A DNA stretch of 37,778 nucleotides from an uncultured Hyphomicrobiales bacterium (GTDB lineage Bacteria > Pseudomonadota > Alphaproteobacteria > Rhizobiales > Beijerinckiaceae), in NCBI GenBank assembly GCA_903918155.1, contig CAIXDD010000103.1, positions 1-37,778 on the forward strand, given 5' to 3'. Below the pieces are notes generated by a model. It ran no database searches. It saw nothing but the letters and a program-made list of their open reading frames with translations, and was not told the DNA's origin. Shown in pieces: positions 1 to 9,046 of the stretch. Each line of letters starts with the position of its first letter. Position 1 is the stretch's first letter. The translations under genes and the position numbers were made by a program.

Positions 1-3000
1 GCCGCCGGCTCGGGCTATGTGGTCGGCACGACCACGCCTGTCTCGAGCGTCATCGCGAATGATGAAATCGTCGTCGACGTCACGCTCAGCGTCTCTGCGC
101 CCAGCGTCACGGAAGACGGAGCCGACAATCTTGTGTACACGTTCACGCGTTCCGGCTCCACGGCCGCCGCGCTGAACGTGAATTATCTCGTCAGCGGCAC
201 GGCCGCCATCGGCGTGGACTACACAGGCGCGCCCACGAGCGGCACGACGAAAATCATCACCATTGCGTCGGGATCGAGTTCAGCCTCTCTCACGGTCGAT
301 CCGGTGGCGGACGCGACGATCGAGCCCAATGAGATCGTGTCTCTCACTCTTGCGGCCGGCGCGGGCTATCTGGTCCAGACCCCGGATCCCGTGAGCGCTG
401 CGATCAATGACGACGATGCGGCTGCGGTGTCCGTCGCGCTCGCGTCCTCAACGGCGTCCGAAGACGATGCGACCGATCTCGTCTATGTGTTCACGCGCAC
501 CGGATCAGCCGCTGGCGCCCTCACAGTCAATTACACGCTCGGCGGAACCGCAAGCGCCGGCGTCGATTATCTTGCCGCTCCCACGAATTCCGTCACCTTC
601 GCCGCCGGCTCGACCACTGCGGTCGCGCTAATCGATCCCACGTCCGATTTCGCGATCGAAAGCACGGAGACTGTGACCCTCACCCTCGCGTCAGGTACGG
701 GCTATACGATCGCGACGGCGGGGGCCGTGCAAGGTTCGATCGTCGATGACGACGTGGGCGATGTCTTTAAGTTGCAAAGCCGTCCCGGCGCCAATCTCAC
801 GATCTATCTGGATTTCGACGGCGCAAGCCTTTCAGGAACGGCATGGGCCAGTTCCGCCACGAGCGCGCCGGCCTTTGATCTCGATGCGAATGTCGCGAGC
901 TTCTCCTCTGCGGAGAAGGCCGCCATTCGTGAAATCTTCTACCGCGTCGCAGCTGATTTCGCGCCCTTTAACGTGAATGTCACGACGGAATGGCTCGGTC
1001 AGGAAAAAATCACGCGCGCGTCTTATTCCGACTCGATCTATGGCACGGTCTGCCTCTTCAGCGCGATTGGAAACGCCGTCGCGCCGACGGCCGGCGGCGT
1101 CGCCTATGTGGGCGTTTTCGACGACACAAGCGATTATTATAAGCCGGCGCTCGTATTTCCCGAGAAGCTGGGATCGGTGAAGAGCATCGCGGAGGCGGCG
1201 TCCCATGAGATCGGCCATAATCTCGGCCTGTCGCATGACGGGACGAGCACGGCGGGATATTATACAGGCCAAGGCTCGGCTCCGGGTTGGGCTCCCATCA
1301 TGGGCGTCGGCTACAGCAAGCCCCTCGTTCAATGGAGCAAGGGGCAATATTCAAACGCCAACAACACGCAGGACGATCTGGTGATCATCGGCGCGCAGGG
1401 CCCCTCGCTGGCGTCGGACGATTACGCGAACGCATCGACCTACGCGCTCGACGCCAGCGCGCTGAACCCGATGGAGCTGGTCGGACTCGGCCGCATCAGC
1501 GCCCCGACCGCGAGCGTGCCGGGCAACGATCTAGATCAATTCTATTTCGACGTGACGAAGGCGGGCGTCGTCACCGTTTCGGTGCGCAACGCGCTCGTGT
1601 TTGAGGAGAGCGGGGTCGCGCGAACCATCGAACTGCCGACAGGCGTCGGCAATCTGAGATTCGACTGCGACGTCTACACATCCGCGGGCGCTCTCGTTTA
1701 CAATTATGCGCCGTCGAGCGCATTGAACGCTGAGTTCACCTTCAACGCGTCTGCGCCGGGTCGGTATTACCTGCGCATCGACGGCGTCGGAAGCACGACG
1801 GATCTCGAGCCCGATTACGGGTCGCTGGGCGATTATGCGGTGAGCGTTTCGGGGCCTGGCGTTTTCGTCAACGCGACCCCCGATGTTTCGCTGGTCGCCT
1901 CGCCTGCCTCCGTCCTTGAGGACGGCGCGACGAATATCGCCTTCACCTTCGCGCGCACAGGCTCCACGAGTTCTGCGCTGACGGTCAATTATACTCTGGG
2001 CGGCTCCGCGACGGCGGGCGTCGATTACACAGGCGTTTCCGGAAGCGGATCCGCGCGCACGATCACTTTCGCGACCGGCGCGAGCACGGCGACGATCACG
2101 GTCGATCCCGCCTCCGACGCCAGCATTGAATCGGATGAAACCGTTTCCATGACGCTCGCCAGCGGCACGGGTTATACGATCGCCACGGCGAGCGCGGTGA
2201 CCGCGACCATCACGAATGACGACAGCCAGCCTGACGTCACTCTTGCGGTGCTGCCGTCCTCGACGATGGAGGATGGAGCCTCCAATCTCGTTTTCACATT
2301 CACGCGCAGCGGGTCGACCAGCGGCGACCTGGTCGTGAATTACACAGTGGGCGGCTCCGCGACGCTCGGCGTGGATTACACAGGCGTCTCCGCATCGGGA
2401 ACCACGAAGAGCGTCACGATCCTTTCGGGGGCCTCGATTGCGGCGGTGGTCGTCGACCCAACGACGGATGCGACAGTTGAGACCAACGAGACCGTCGCCC
2501 TGACGCTTGCCTCCGGCACGGGTTATTCCGTGGGCACGAACAGCGCCGTCGTCGGTGAAATCGTCGATGACGATGGCCCGGCGAGCGTTTCCGTGTCGGT
2601 CGCTGCGGCTTCTGTCGTTGAGGATGAGGCGGGCCGTCTCGTCTATACGTTCACGCGCTCCGGCTCGACGGCGAATGCGATCACGGTGAATTACACCGTT
2701 TCGGGGACCGCGACGCTGGGAACCGATTACCTGGGCATTTCCGCCGCATCGTCGACCAAGACGGTCACCATCGCCGCCGGAGAATCGAGCGCGCTGGTAT
2801 TGGTCGAGCCGGTCGCGGATCTCAGCGTCGAATCGAACGAGACGATCACGCTGACGCTGGCTTCGGGCACGGGCTACTCGCTCGGCGCAACGACCTCCGC
2901 CTCCAGCACGATCACGGATGATGACGGCGTCAACGCCTTCACGCTGCAAAGCCGCCCCGGCGCCAACCAGACGCTCTATCTCGATTTCGACGGCGCGAGC

Positions 3001-4209
3001 CTTTCCGCCACCGCCTGGGGATCTTATGCCGGATGGAATGGGGCGAGTCCCATCGCGCCTGCGTTCGATCGGGATGGCGACGCAACGACCTTTTCAGCGA
3101 GCGAGCAGGCGTTCATCCGCGAAGTGTTTTATCGCGTGGCCGCGGATTTCGCGCCCTTCAGCATCAATGTCACGACGCAATGGCTCGGCGCTGATTCTAT
3201 CACGCGCGCCACGTCGTCGGATTCGTCTTATGGAACCGTGTGCTTGATCAGCGCCATCGGAGACAAGATCGCGCCCTCCGCCGGCGGCATCGCCTATCTC
3301 GACGCATTCGACGACGTCGCGAGCGATTATTACAAGCCCGCGCTCGTCTTCCCCGAAAAACTCTCCTACGTCGCCAAATATGTCGCCGAGGCTGTGTCGC
3401 ACGAAGTAGGCCATAATCTCGACCTCACCCATGACGGCACGTCTTCCGTGGGCTATTACGTCGGTCATGGCTCGGCGCCGGGCTGGGCTCCCATCATGGG
3501 CGTGGGCTATTACGAGCCGCTCGCGCAATGGAGCAAGGGCGAGTACGCCGACGCCAACAACACGCAGGACGACGTCGCGATCATCGGCACGCAGGGGCCG
3601 ATCCTCATCGCCGACGATTATGCCAACGCCACGCGCTATGCGCTCACCGCCAGCACGGCGAATCCTGCGGAATTCGTCGCCTATGGCCGCATCAGCAGCT
3701 CGTCCTCCGCAGCTTCAGGCAATGATGTCGATCTCTTCTATTTCGACGTGACCCGCGCAGGGACCGTGAGCGTTTCGGCGCGCAATGCGCTCTTTTTGTC
3801 CGAGAACGGCCAGACCCGCGTCGTCGATCTGCCCTCCGGTTTCGGGGACCTGCGCATCGATTGCGATCTTTATGACGCCACCAGCGGCGCGCTCGTCTAT
3901 GATTGGAATCCGAACGCGGGCGTCGACGCGGAGTTTTCGTTCACCTTCTCCTCGACCGGGCGCTATTATCTGAAGATCGACGGCGTCGGCAGCACGAGCG
4001 ACGGAGAGAGCGATTACGGCTCCATGGGGTCCTATTCGATCAGCGTGCTCGGCGGCTCGGCGGGCCTGTCGGCGGGATCGGGCGTCTTCGCCAAGGCCGA
4101 CCTCATCACGCCGACGATTCTCAGCGATTGCTACGATGCGGATCTGGAGTCTTTCGCGCGCTCGTTCGACGTCAACCGCGGCGTGGTCGATTGCTATTGG
4201 CTCTTCTGA
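1..4209 (+). CDS. Large exoprotein (5'-truncated): Calx-beta-like repeats, two metzincin zinc-metalloprotease domains and two PPC-like domains
   Basis: Frame is open from base 1 (AAGSGYVVG...) to TGA at 4207-4209. Five complete ~115-aa repeats 'SVxEDG..NLVYTFTR.G...V.Y...GTA..GVDY...E..ETV.LTL..G.GY......I..DD'. Zinc motifs HEIGHNLGLSH (1204-1236) and HEVGHNLDLTH (3400-3432), each followed by a Met-turn-like WAPIMG and a PPC-like segment 'D.D.FYF...GRYYL.IDG...G.Y'. Confidence 0.9.
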   Translation, partial: AAGSGYVVGTTTPVSSVIANDEIVVDVTLSVSAPSVTEDGADNLVYTFTRSGSTAAALNVNYLVSGTAAIGVDYTGAPTSGTTKIITIASGSSSASLTVDPVADATIEPNEIVSLTLAAGAGYLVQTPDPVSAAINDDDAAAVSVALASSTASEDDATDLVYVFTRTGSAAGALTVNYTLGGTASAGVDYLAAPTNSVTFAAGSTTAVALIDPTSDFAIESTETVTLTLASGTGYTIATAGAVQGSIVDDDVGDVFKLQSRPGANLTIYLDFDGASLSGTAWASSATSAPAFDLDANVASFSSAEKAAIREIFYRVAADFAPFNVNVTTEWLGQEKITRASYSDSIYGTVCLFSAIGNAVAPTAGGVAYVGVFDDTSDYYKPALVFPEKLGSVKSIAEAASHEIGHNLGLSHDGTSTAGYYTGQGSAPGWAPIMGVGYSKPLVQWSKGQYSNANNTQDDLVIIGAQGPSLASDDYANASTYALDASALNPMELVGLGRISAPTASVPGNDLDQFYFDVTKAGVVTVSVRNALVFEESGVARTIELPTGVGNLRFDCDVYTSAGALVYNYAPSSALNAEFTFNASAPGRYYLRIDGVGSTTDLEPDYGSLGDYAVSVSGPGVFVNATPDVSLVASPASVLEDGATNIAFTFARTGSTSSALTVNYTLGGSATAGVDYTGVSGSGSARTITFATGASTATITVDPASDASIESDETVSMTLASGTGYTIATASAVTATITNDDSQPDVTLAVLPSSTMEDGASNLVFTFTRSGSTSGDLVVNYTVGGSATLGVDYTGVSASGTTKSVTILSGASIAAVVVDPTTDATVETNETVALTLASGTGYSVGTNSAVVGEIVDDDGPASVSVSVAAASVVEDEAGRLVYTFTRSGSTANAITVNYTVSGTATLGTDYLGISAASSTKTVTIAAGESSALVLVEPVADLSVESNETITLTLASGTGYSLGATTSASSTITDDDGVNAFTLQSRPGANQTLYLDFDGASLSATAWGSYAGWNGASPIAPAFDRDGDATTFSASEQAFIREVFYRVAADFAPFSINVTTQWLGADSITRATSSDSSYGTVCLISAIGDKIAPSAGGIAYLDAFDDVASDYYKPALVFPEKLSYVAKYVAEAVSHEVGHNLDLTHDGTSSVGYYVGHGSAPGWAPIMGVGYYEPLAQWSKGEYADANNTQDDVAIIGTQGPILIADDYANATRYALTASTANPAEFVAYGRISSSSSAASGNDVDLFYFDVTRAGTVSVSARNALFLSENGQTRVVDLPSGFGDLRIDCDLYDATSGALVYDWNPNAGVDAEFSFTFSSTGRYYLKIDGVGSTSDGESDYGSMGSYSISVLGGSAGLSAGSGVFAKADLITPTILSDCYDADLESFARSFDVNRGVVDCYWLF

Positions 4210-4394
4210 ACGGGCATGCGCCGATTCCAGCGTCCTCGTCCGGCTTGGGGCGCGGGCGCGGGCGGGCGCGGGCGAGGAGATTGACTCGCGCATCCTTCCG
4301 CAGAACAATCCTCAAAAGTCCGATCAACGAGACTTTCAGGGGAGGGGCCGCCGCAGGATTCGGCGCGTTCCGTCCGCACAGGGAGGAGACGCAC

Positions 4395-5411
4395 ATGATC
4401 CGCACCCGCCGCGCAGCACGCGTCAGTCGCGCCCGCTCCATCGGCTTGCGCATGGCCGCTATTGCGGCGTGCCTCGTTTCCGGCGCGCCTTTCGCGCTGG
4501 CGCAGACGCAATCTGCTTATCCCGAACGCGCGGTGCGCTTCATCCTGCCCTTCGGCCCCGGCTCGGCCACCGATATCGCCGCGCGGCTCATCGCTGAAAA
4601 GTTGCAGGCGAAATGGGGCAAGCCCATCGTCGTGGAGCCGCGCCCGGGCGGCGACGGCCTGATCGCGATCAACGCCTTTCTCGCGGCTAATGACGACCAC
4701 ACGCTGCTTTACGCCTCGACGGCCTCTTTCATCGTGCATCCTTACACGCTTCAGTCGAAGCCGCCCTATGACGCGGAGAAGGATCTCAATCCCATCGTGC
4801 GCACGGCCGATTCCGGGCTCGCCGTCGCCGTGTCGGCGGGCTCCGGGGCGAATTCCATTCGTGATTTCGTGGAGCTGGCGCGCAAAAATCCGGGCGTGCT
4901 GAATGTCGCCGGCGGCGCCGGCCTGGCGGAGCTCACCGTGCGCGCTTTCGTGAAAGAGCAGGGGCTCAACGTCACCATCGTGCCCTATCGCGACATCATT
5001 CAGGCGGGCGCCGATCTGGGCGAGAACCGCATCCAGCTCGTCTCCGCATCGCTGTCCATGCCCATGCCTTACGTTCAGGCGGGCAAGGCGAAAATCGCCG
5101 CCATCGCCGCGCCGGCGCGCACCCCGCTCGCGCCCGATGCGCCGAGCGCGCCCGAGGCGGGCTATCCGACTCTTGGGTATGAATCCACCGTGGGCTTTTA
5201 CGGCCCCGCGCGCATGACGCTGGACGCGCGCCGCAAGATCGCCGCCGACGTCATCGAAATCTTGAAGGACAAGGCGCTCGTCGACCGCTTGTTCAATGCG
5301 GGCCTCGTGGTCGTCGCCGAAGGACCGGAAGAGCTGGCCGCCGTGGTGCGCCGGCAGAGGGAGGCGACGCAGCGATTGGCGGACGTCCTCGGCCTCAAGC
5401 CGAAAGAATGA
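4395..5411 (+). CDS. Bug/TctC family tripartite tricarboxylate transporter substrate-binding protein
   Basis: RBS GGAGGAG at ~4382-4388 before ATG 4395 (alternative start 4452); signal peptide; motifs 'YPERAVRFILPFGPGSATDIAAR' and 'VVEPRPGGDG'. Confidence 0.9.
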   Translation: MIRTRRAARVSRARSIGLRMAAIAACLVSGAPFALAQTQSAYPERAVRFILPFGPGSATDIAARLIAEKLQAKWGKPIVVEPRPGGDGLIAINAFLAANDDHTLLYASTASFIVHPYTLQSKPPYDAEKDLNPIVRTADSGLAVAVSAGSGANSIRDFVELARKNPGVLNVAGGAGLAELTVRAFVKEQGLNVTIVPYRDIIQAGADLGENRIQLVSASLSMPMPYVQAGKAKIAAIAAPARTPLAPDAPSAPEAGYPTLGYESTVGFYGPARMTLDARRKIAADVIEILKDKALVDRLFNAGLVVVAEGPEELAAVVRRQREATQRLADVLGLKPKE

Positions 5412-5495
5412 TCGGCATCGGCCGACAGCCGAAGGCGTCGCGCGCCGCGCCTCTTTCTGCTAGCCTGTCGCGAGACCTCAGCAAGGGATCGCGTC

Positions 5496-6833
5496 ATGTC
5501 CAACGCTTCCGCTGGCGCTCCGTCGCCGAATGATCTCGCCGCCTATTGGATGCCGTTCACCGCTAATCGCGCCTTCAAGAGCGCGCCGCGATTGCTCGCC
5601 GGCGCGAAGGACATGCATTACGTCGCCGCGGACGGGCGCCGGCTGATCGACGCAGCAGCGGGCTTGTGGTGCGTCAATGCGGGCCATTCGCGCGCGCCGA
5701 TCGTGAAGGCGATTCAGGATCAGGCGGCGGAGCTTGATTTCGCCCCGCCCTTTCAATTCGCCAATCCGAAGGCGTTTCAGCTCGCCTCGCGCGTGGCCGC
5801 TCTCGCGCCCGGCGATCTCGATCACGTCTTCTTCGCCAATTCAGGCTCCGAAGCCGTCGAGACGGCGCTCAAGATCGCGCTCGCCTATCATCACACGAAC
5901 GGCCAGGCGCATCGCCAGCGTTTCATCGGCCGCGTGCGCGGCTATCATGGCGTGGGCTTCGGCGGCATATCCGTGGGCGGCATCGCGCCCAATCGCAAGG
6001 CGTTCGGCCTTGGCCTGGCTGGCGTCGACCATTTGCCGGCCACCTATGATCGCGCGCATCAGGCCTTCACGCGCGGCGAACCCGAATGGGGCGCCCATTT
6101 CGCCGACGAGCTGGAAAATCTGTTCGCCTTGCATGATTCGTCCACCGTCGCCGCGGTGATCGTGGAGCCCATGGCGGGTTCAACGGGCGTCCTGCCGCCG
6201 CCCAAGGGCTATCTCCAGAAATTGCGCGCCATCTGCGACAAGCACGGCGTGCTGCTGATCTTCGACGAAGTCATCACAGGCTTCGGGCGTCTGGGCTACG
6301 CCTTTGCGGCGGAACGATATGGCGTGATCCCGGACATGATCTGTTTCGCCAAGGGCGTCACGTCGGGAACCGTGCCCATGGGCGGCGTGATCGCCCGCAA
6401 GCCCATTCACGACGCTTTCATGAAGGGCCCCGACCACGCGATCGAACTCTTCCATGGCTACACCTATTCCGCCCATCCGCTGGCCTGCGCCGCCGGCCTT
6501 GCGACGCTCGCGCTCTATGAAGAGGAAAAATTATTCGACAATGCGCGCGCCCTCGAAGGGGCCTTCGCCGATGCGGTGCACGCCCTGCAGGGATTGCCCA
6601 ATGTGGTGGACATCCGCACGGTGGGCATCGCCGCCGCCATCGATCTCGCCCCGCTCGAGGGCGCGCCGGGCAAGCGCGGCTATCAGGCGATCGAGGAGAC
6701 CTTCCATCGGCAGGACATGCTGATGCGGGTGGCGGGCGACACGCTGGTGATTTCGCCGCCGCTGATCTTCAACGTCAATCACATCGATGAGATCGTAGAC
6801 AAGACTGCGCGGGCCATTCGCGCCATCGCCTGA
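5496..6833 (+). CDS. Class III PLP aminotransferase, omega-amino acid (beta-alanine):pyruvate aminotransferase type
   Basis: 'YWMPFTANR', 'GLWCVNAGH', 'NSGSEAVETALK', 'LLIFDEVITGFGR', PLP lysine in 'FAKGVT', 'HGYTYSAHP'. Confidence 0.92.
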   Translation: MSNASAGAPSPNDLAAYWMPFTANRAFKSAPRLLAGAKDMHYVAADGRRLIDAAAGLWCVNAGHSRAPIVKAIQDQAAELDFAPPFQFANPKAFQLASRVAALAPGDLDHVFFANSGSEAVETALKIALAYHHTNGQAHRQRFIGRVRGYHGVGFGGISVGGIAPNRKAFGLGLAGVDHLPATYDRAHQAFTRGEPEWGAHFADELENLFALHDSSTVAAVIVEPMAGSTGVLPPPKGYLQKLRAICDKHGVLLIFDEVITGFGRLGYAFAAERYGVIPDMICFAKGVTSGTVPMGGVIARKPIHDAFMKGPDHAIELFHGYTYSAHPLACAAGLATLALYEEEKLFDNARALEGAFADAVHALQGLPNVVDIRTVGIAAAIDLAPLEGAPGKRGYQAIEETFHRQDMLMRVAGDTLVISPPLIFNVNHIDEIVDKTARAIRAIA

Positions 6834-6923
6834 CGCGCCGCGCCGATTTGCCTGCGCGCAAAAGCTTTCTATGATGCGCGCCAAAGGCGTCGTTGCGATC
6901 ATAAAAATCAAGGGGAGGACGGC

Positions 6924-8366
6924 ATGACGGGCGGTTTTGAATCGGCTGCGGATCGGGGCGCGAATCGGCTCGCTCATCGGCTCGCTCATCGGGTCTCTCA
7001 TCGACTCGCTCATGGGGGCGCGAATTGCGCTGATGCCGCGCGCGTCGCAGCGCGCGGCATCGGCGCCGCAGCGGTCTTCGTCGCAGCGTTTGGGGCGTTG
7101 GCCGGATGGAGCGGCGGGGCGCAGGCGCAGAGCGAACCGCGCTATGTTCAATTCCAGCCTTCCGCCACCAAGGGCGCGCTGTATCGTCCCGATTCCGGAC
7201 CCACGTCCCCGGTCGCCTTTCTCGCGATCCACCGCACGTCGAATTTCATGAACATGATCGGCAATGGCGAACTCGCCAAACGCGGCTTCGTCGTGCTGGG
7301 CATGAACCCGCGCTCCGACAATAACGAAGCGATCGTGAATTTCGAGAATGTCGCGCTGGACATCAAGCATGGCGTCGAATTCCTGCGCAAGCAGCCCGGC
7401 GTGAAGAAAGTCGTGCTGATCGGCTTCTCCGGCGGCGGGCCGGCCACGTCCCTTTATCAGGCGGTCGCGGAGAAGGGCGTCGCTTATTGCCAGGGGCCTG
7501 ACAAGCTCACCCAATGTCCCGACAGCCTGAAGGACCTGCCCAAGGCGGACGGCCTCTTCCTGCTCGACGCCCATCCCGGCAATACGATCAACGCGCTGCG
7601 CAGCCTCAATCCGGCGGTCATCGACGAAAGCGACCCCTCGAAGATCGATCCCGCGCTTGATCCGTTCAATCCGGCCAATGGATTCAATCCTGACGGCCAT
7701 TCGGTCTATTCGCCGGAATTCATGGACCGCTATTTCAAGGCGCAGGCCGCGCGCATGAATCGCCTCATCGACAAGGCGACGGCGATGCGCGCCGAGATCG
7801 CCGCCGGCAAGGCGGCGACGACGGATGACGCGCCGTTCATCGTGTTCCGCAACCGCGCGCGGCTGATGGATTTCTCCATGAGCGTGCATCCCGGCTCCGT
7901 GCGGCCGCAGAAGCTCCTTCGCGACGACGGCTCGATCGTGGTGGAGCCCGTGCGTTCGGTGCGCGTCGCGCTGGCGCAAAACGCGCGCCTCGACCGCACG
8001 CTGGAGAATGGAACCATGTTCCTGACGCTGAAATCCTTCCTCAGCGCCAACGCCATCCGCGCGAAGGATTCCATGGTCGACGTGGATTGGTGCTCAAGCA
8101 ACAATTCGACGCCCTGCGCGGTCAAGCAGATTTCCGTCCCCCTGCTCATCGCGGCGATGGGAGGACATTATTTCATCGCGGACAACGAGATTCACTTCGA
8201 TCTCGCGGCGAGCAAAGACAAGGATTATGTGGTGATCGAAGGCGCCGTGCATGGCCAGACGCCTTGCGAGGCCTGTTCGAAGATCACCGGCAAATCCTAC
8301 GCCAATGCGACGAAGAATCTTTACGATTACGTCGCGGCCTGGGCGCGCGCCGGCCGGTTCGAGTGA
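6924..8366 (+). CDS. Secreted alpha/beta-hydrolase-fold protein of unknown substrate
   Basis: RBS GGGGAGG at ~6912-6918; hydrophobic signal ending 'AQAQ'; nucleophile elbow 'LIGFSGGG'; C-terminal 'IEGAVHG' His; several Cys pairs. Confidence 0.75.
   Translation: MTGGFESAADRGANRLAHRLAHRVSHRLAHGGANCADAARVAARGIGAAAVFVAAFGALAGWSGGAQAQSEPRYVQFQPSATKGALYRPDSGPTSPVAFLAIHRTSNFMNMIGNGELAKRGFVVLGMNPRSDNNEAIVNFENVALDIKHGVEFLRKQPGVKKVVLIGFSGGGPATSLYQAVAEKGVAYCQGPDKLTQCPDSLKDLPKADGLFLLDAHPGNTINALRSLNPAVIDESDPSKIDPALDPFNPANGFNPDGHSVYSPEFMDRYFKAQAARMNRLIDKATAMRAEIAAGKAATTDDAPFIVFRNRARLMDFSMSVHPGSVRPQKLLRDDGSIVVEPVRSVRVALAQNARLDRTLENGTMFLTLKSFLSANAIRAKDSMVDVDWCSSNNSTPCAVKQISVPLLIAAMGGHYFIADNEIHFDLAASKDKDYVVIEGAVHGQTPCEACSKITGKSYANATKNLYDYVAAWARAGRFE
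6941..7023 (+). repeat. Degenerate ~12-bp tandem repeat (ATCGGCTCGCTC, ~7 units) in the 5' end of the hydrolase gene
   Basis: Units begin at 6941, 6952, 6964, 6976, 6988, 7000 and 7012; encodes 'NRLAHRLAHRVSHRLAH'. Confidence 0.85.
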
Positions 8367-8374
8367 GGCGCCTG

Positions 8375-8405
8375 CGCCGGCCCGTCCATGCGGGCCGGCG
8401 TCTTT
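8375..8405 (+). terminator. Probable intrinsic terminator between convergent genes
   Basis: 10-bp stem CGCCGGCCCG / CGGGCCGGCG, 6-nt loop, followed by TCTTT. Confidence 0.6.
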
Positions 8406-8408
8406 CGC

Positions 8409-8927
8409 TCAGATGATCGTGTCGCGGAACTTGCGGAAGCGGTAGCGGGGAAGCGCGTCAAGATCGCAGCCCGTCACCCGCACGACCCAGGCCTTCTGCG
8501 GATGTTCGGTGGAATGGATCATGCCGGGCGGATAGCCGAACGTCTCGCCGGGCCCCACGTCATAGACGCGCGTCTTGCGCAGCGTGGCGGCCTCTTCCTC
8601 CGGCGGGTTCACGCGCTCATATTCGGTCATGCGCGTGACATTCGTCACATTGCCGTAGATGGCCCAGGATTCGCCGTGGCTGTGCGGCGTGCCCTTCTTG
8701 CCGCCGTCCTGCACATGGGCGAGCACGTAGAAATCGGTTTCCGCGTCGTGGAAGAGGATCTTCTTGCCGGGCGGATCGTCCTGCGCGAAAGCGGCGGCGA
8801 CGAAAGCGGGCTCCGTGAGCAGCCCCTTGAGCCGCCGGGCGATCGTCTCCACCTTGGCCTCAAGGGCGCCGCCTCCCTGCAGGGTCGCGCGCGCTTCGCT
8901 GCAAAAGGCGTCGAGCGTATAGGCCAT
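8409..8927 (-). CDS. Cupin-fold protein, cysteine-dioxygenase-like (3-His metal site)
   Basis: RBS ACGGAGG upstream of ATG 8927 (MAYTLDAF...); 'PHSHGESWAIYG' plus 'GMIHSTEH' fit the thiol-dioxygenase-like HxH...H pattern. Confidence 0.75.
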   Translation of the reverse strand: MAYTLDAFCSEARATLQGGGALEAKVETIARRLKGLLTEPAFVAAAFAQDDPPGKKILFHDAETDFYVLAHVQDGGKKGTPHSHGESWAIYGNVTNVTRMTEYERVNPPEEEAATLRKTRVYDVGPGETFGYPPGMIHSTEHPQKAWVVRVTGCDLDALPRYRFRKFRDTII

Positions 8928-8930
8928 GGC

Positions 8931-8963
8931 TTTCCTCCGTTCGTTTCCGCGTTCGTTTCCGCG
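8931..8963. repeat. 12-bp tandem duplication CGTTCGTTTCCG x2 plus a partial copy
   Basis: Exact copies at 8938-8949 and 8950-8961, abutting the RBS of the cupin gene. Confidence 0.8.
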
Positions 8964-9046
8964 CGATCTTGGTTTGGCCGGCGCCATGCGTCAACGGTTT
9001 CCGGTGGCGCGCGGCGGCGTTGCCGGCGCAGCCGCGCGCCCCTACC

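Noticed and set aside
3903-4394. N-terminal extension of the first TctC ORF
   Set aside because: It overlaps the exoprotein gene and has no protein-like character; a clear RBS precedes ATG 4395.
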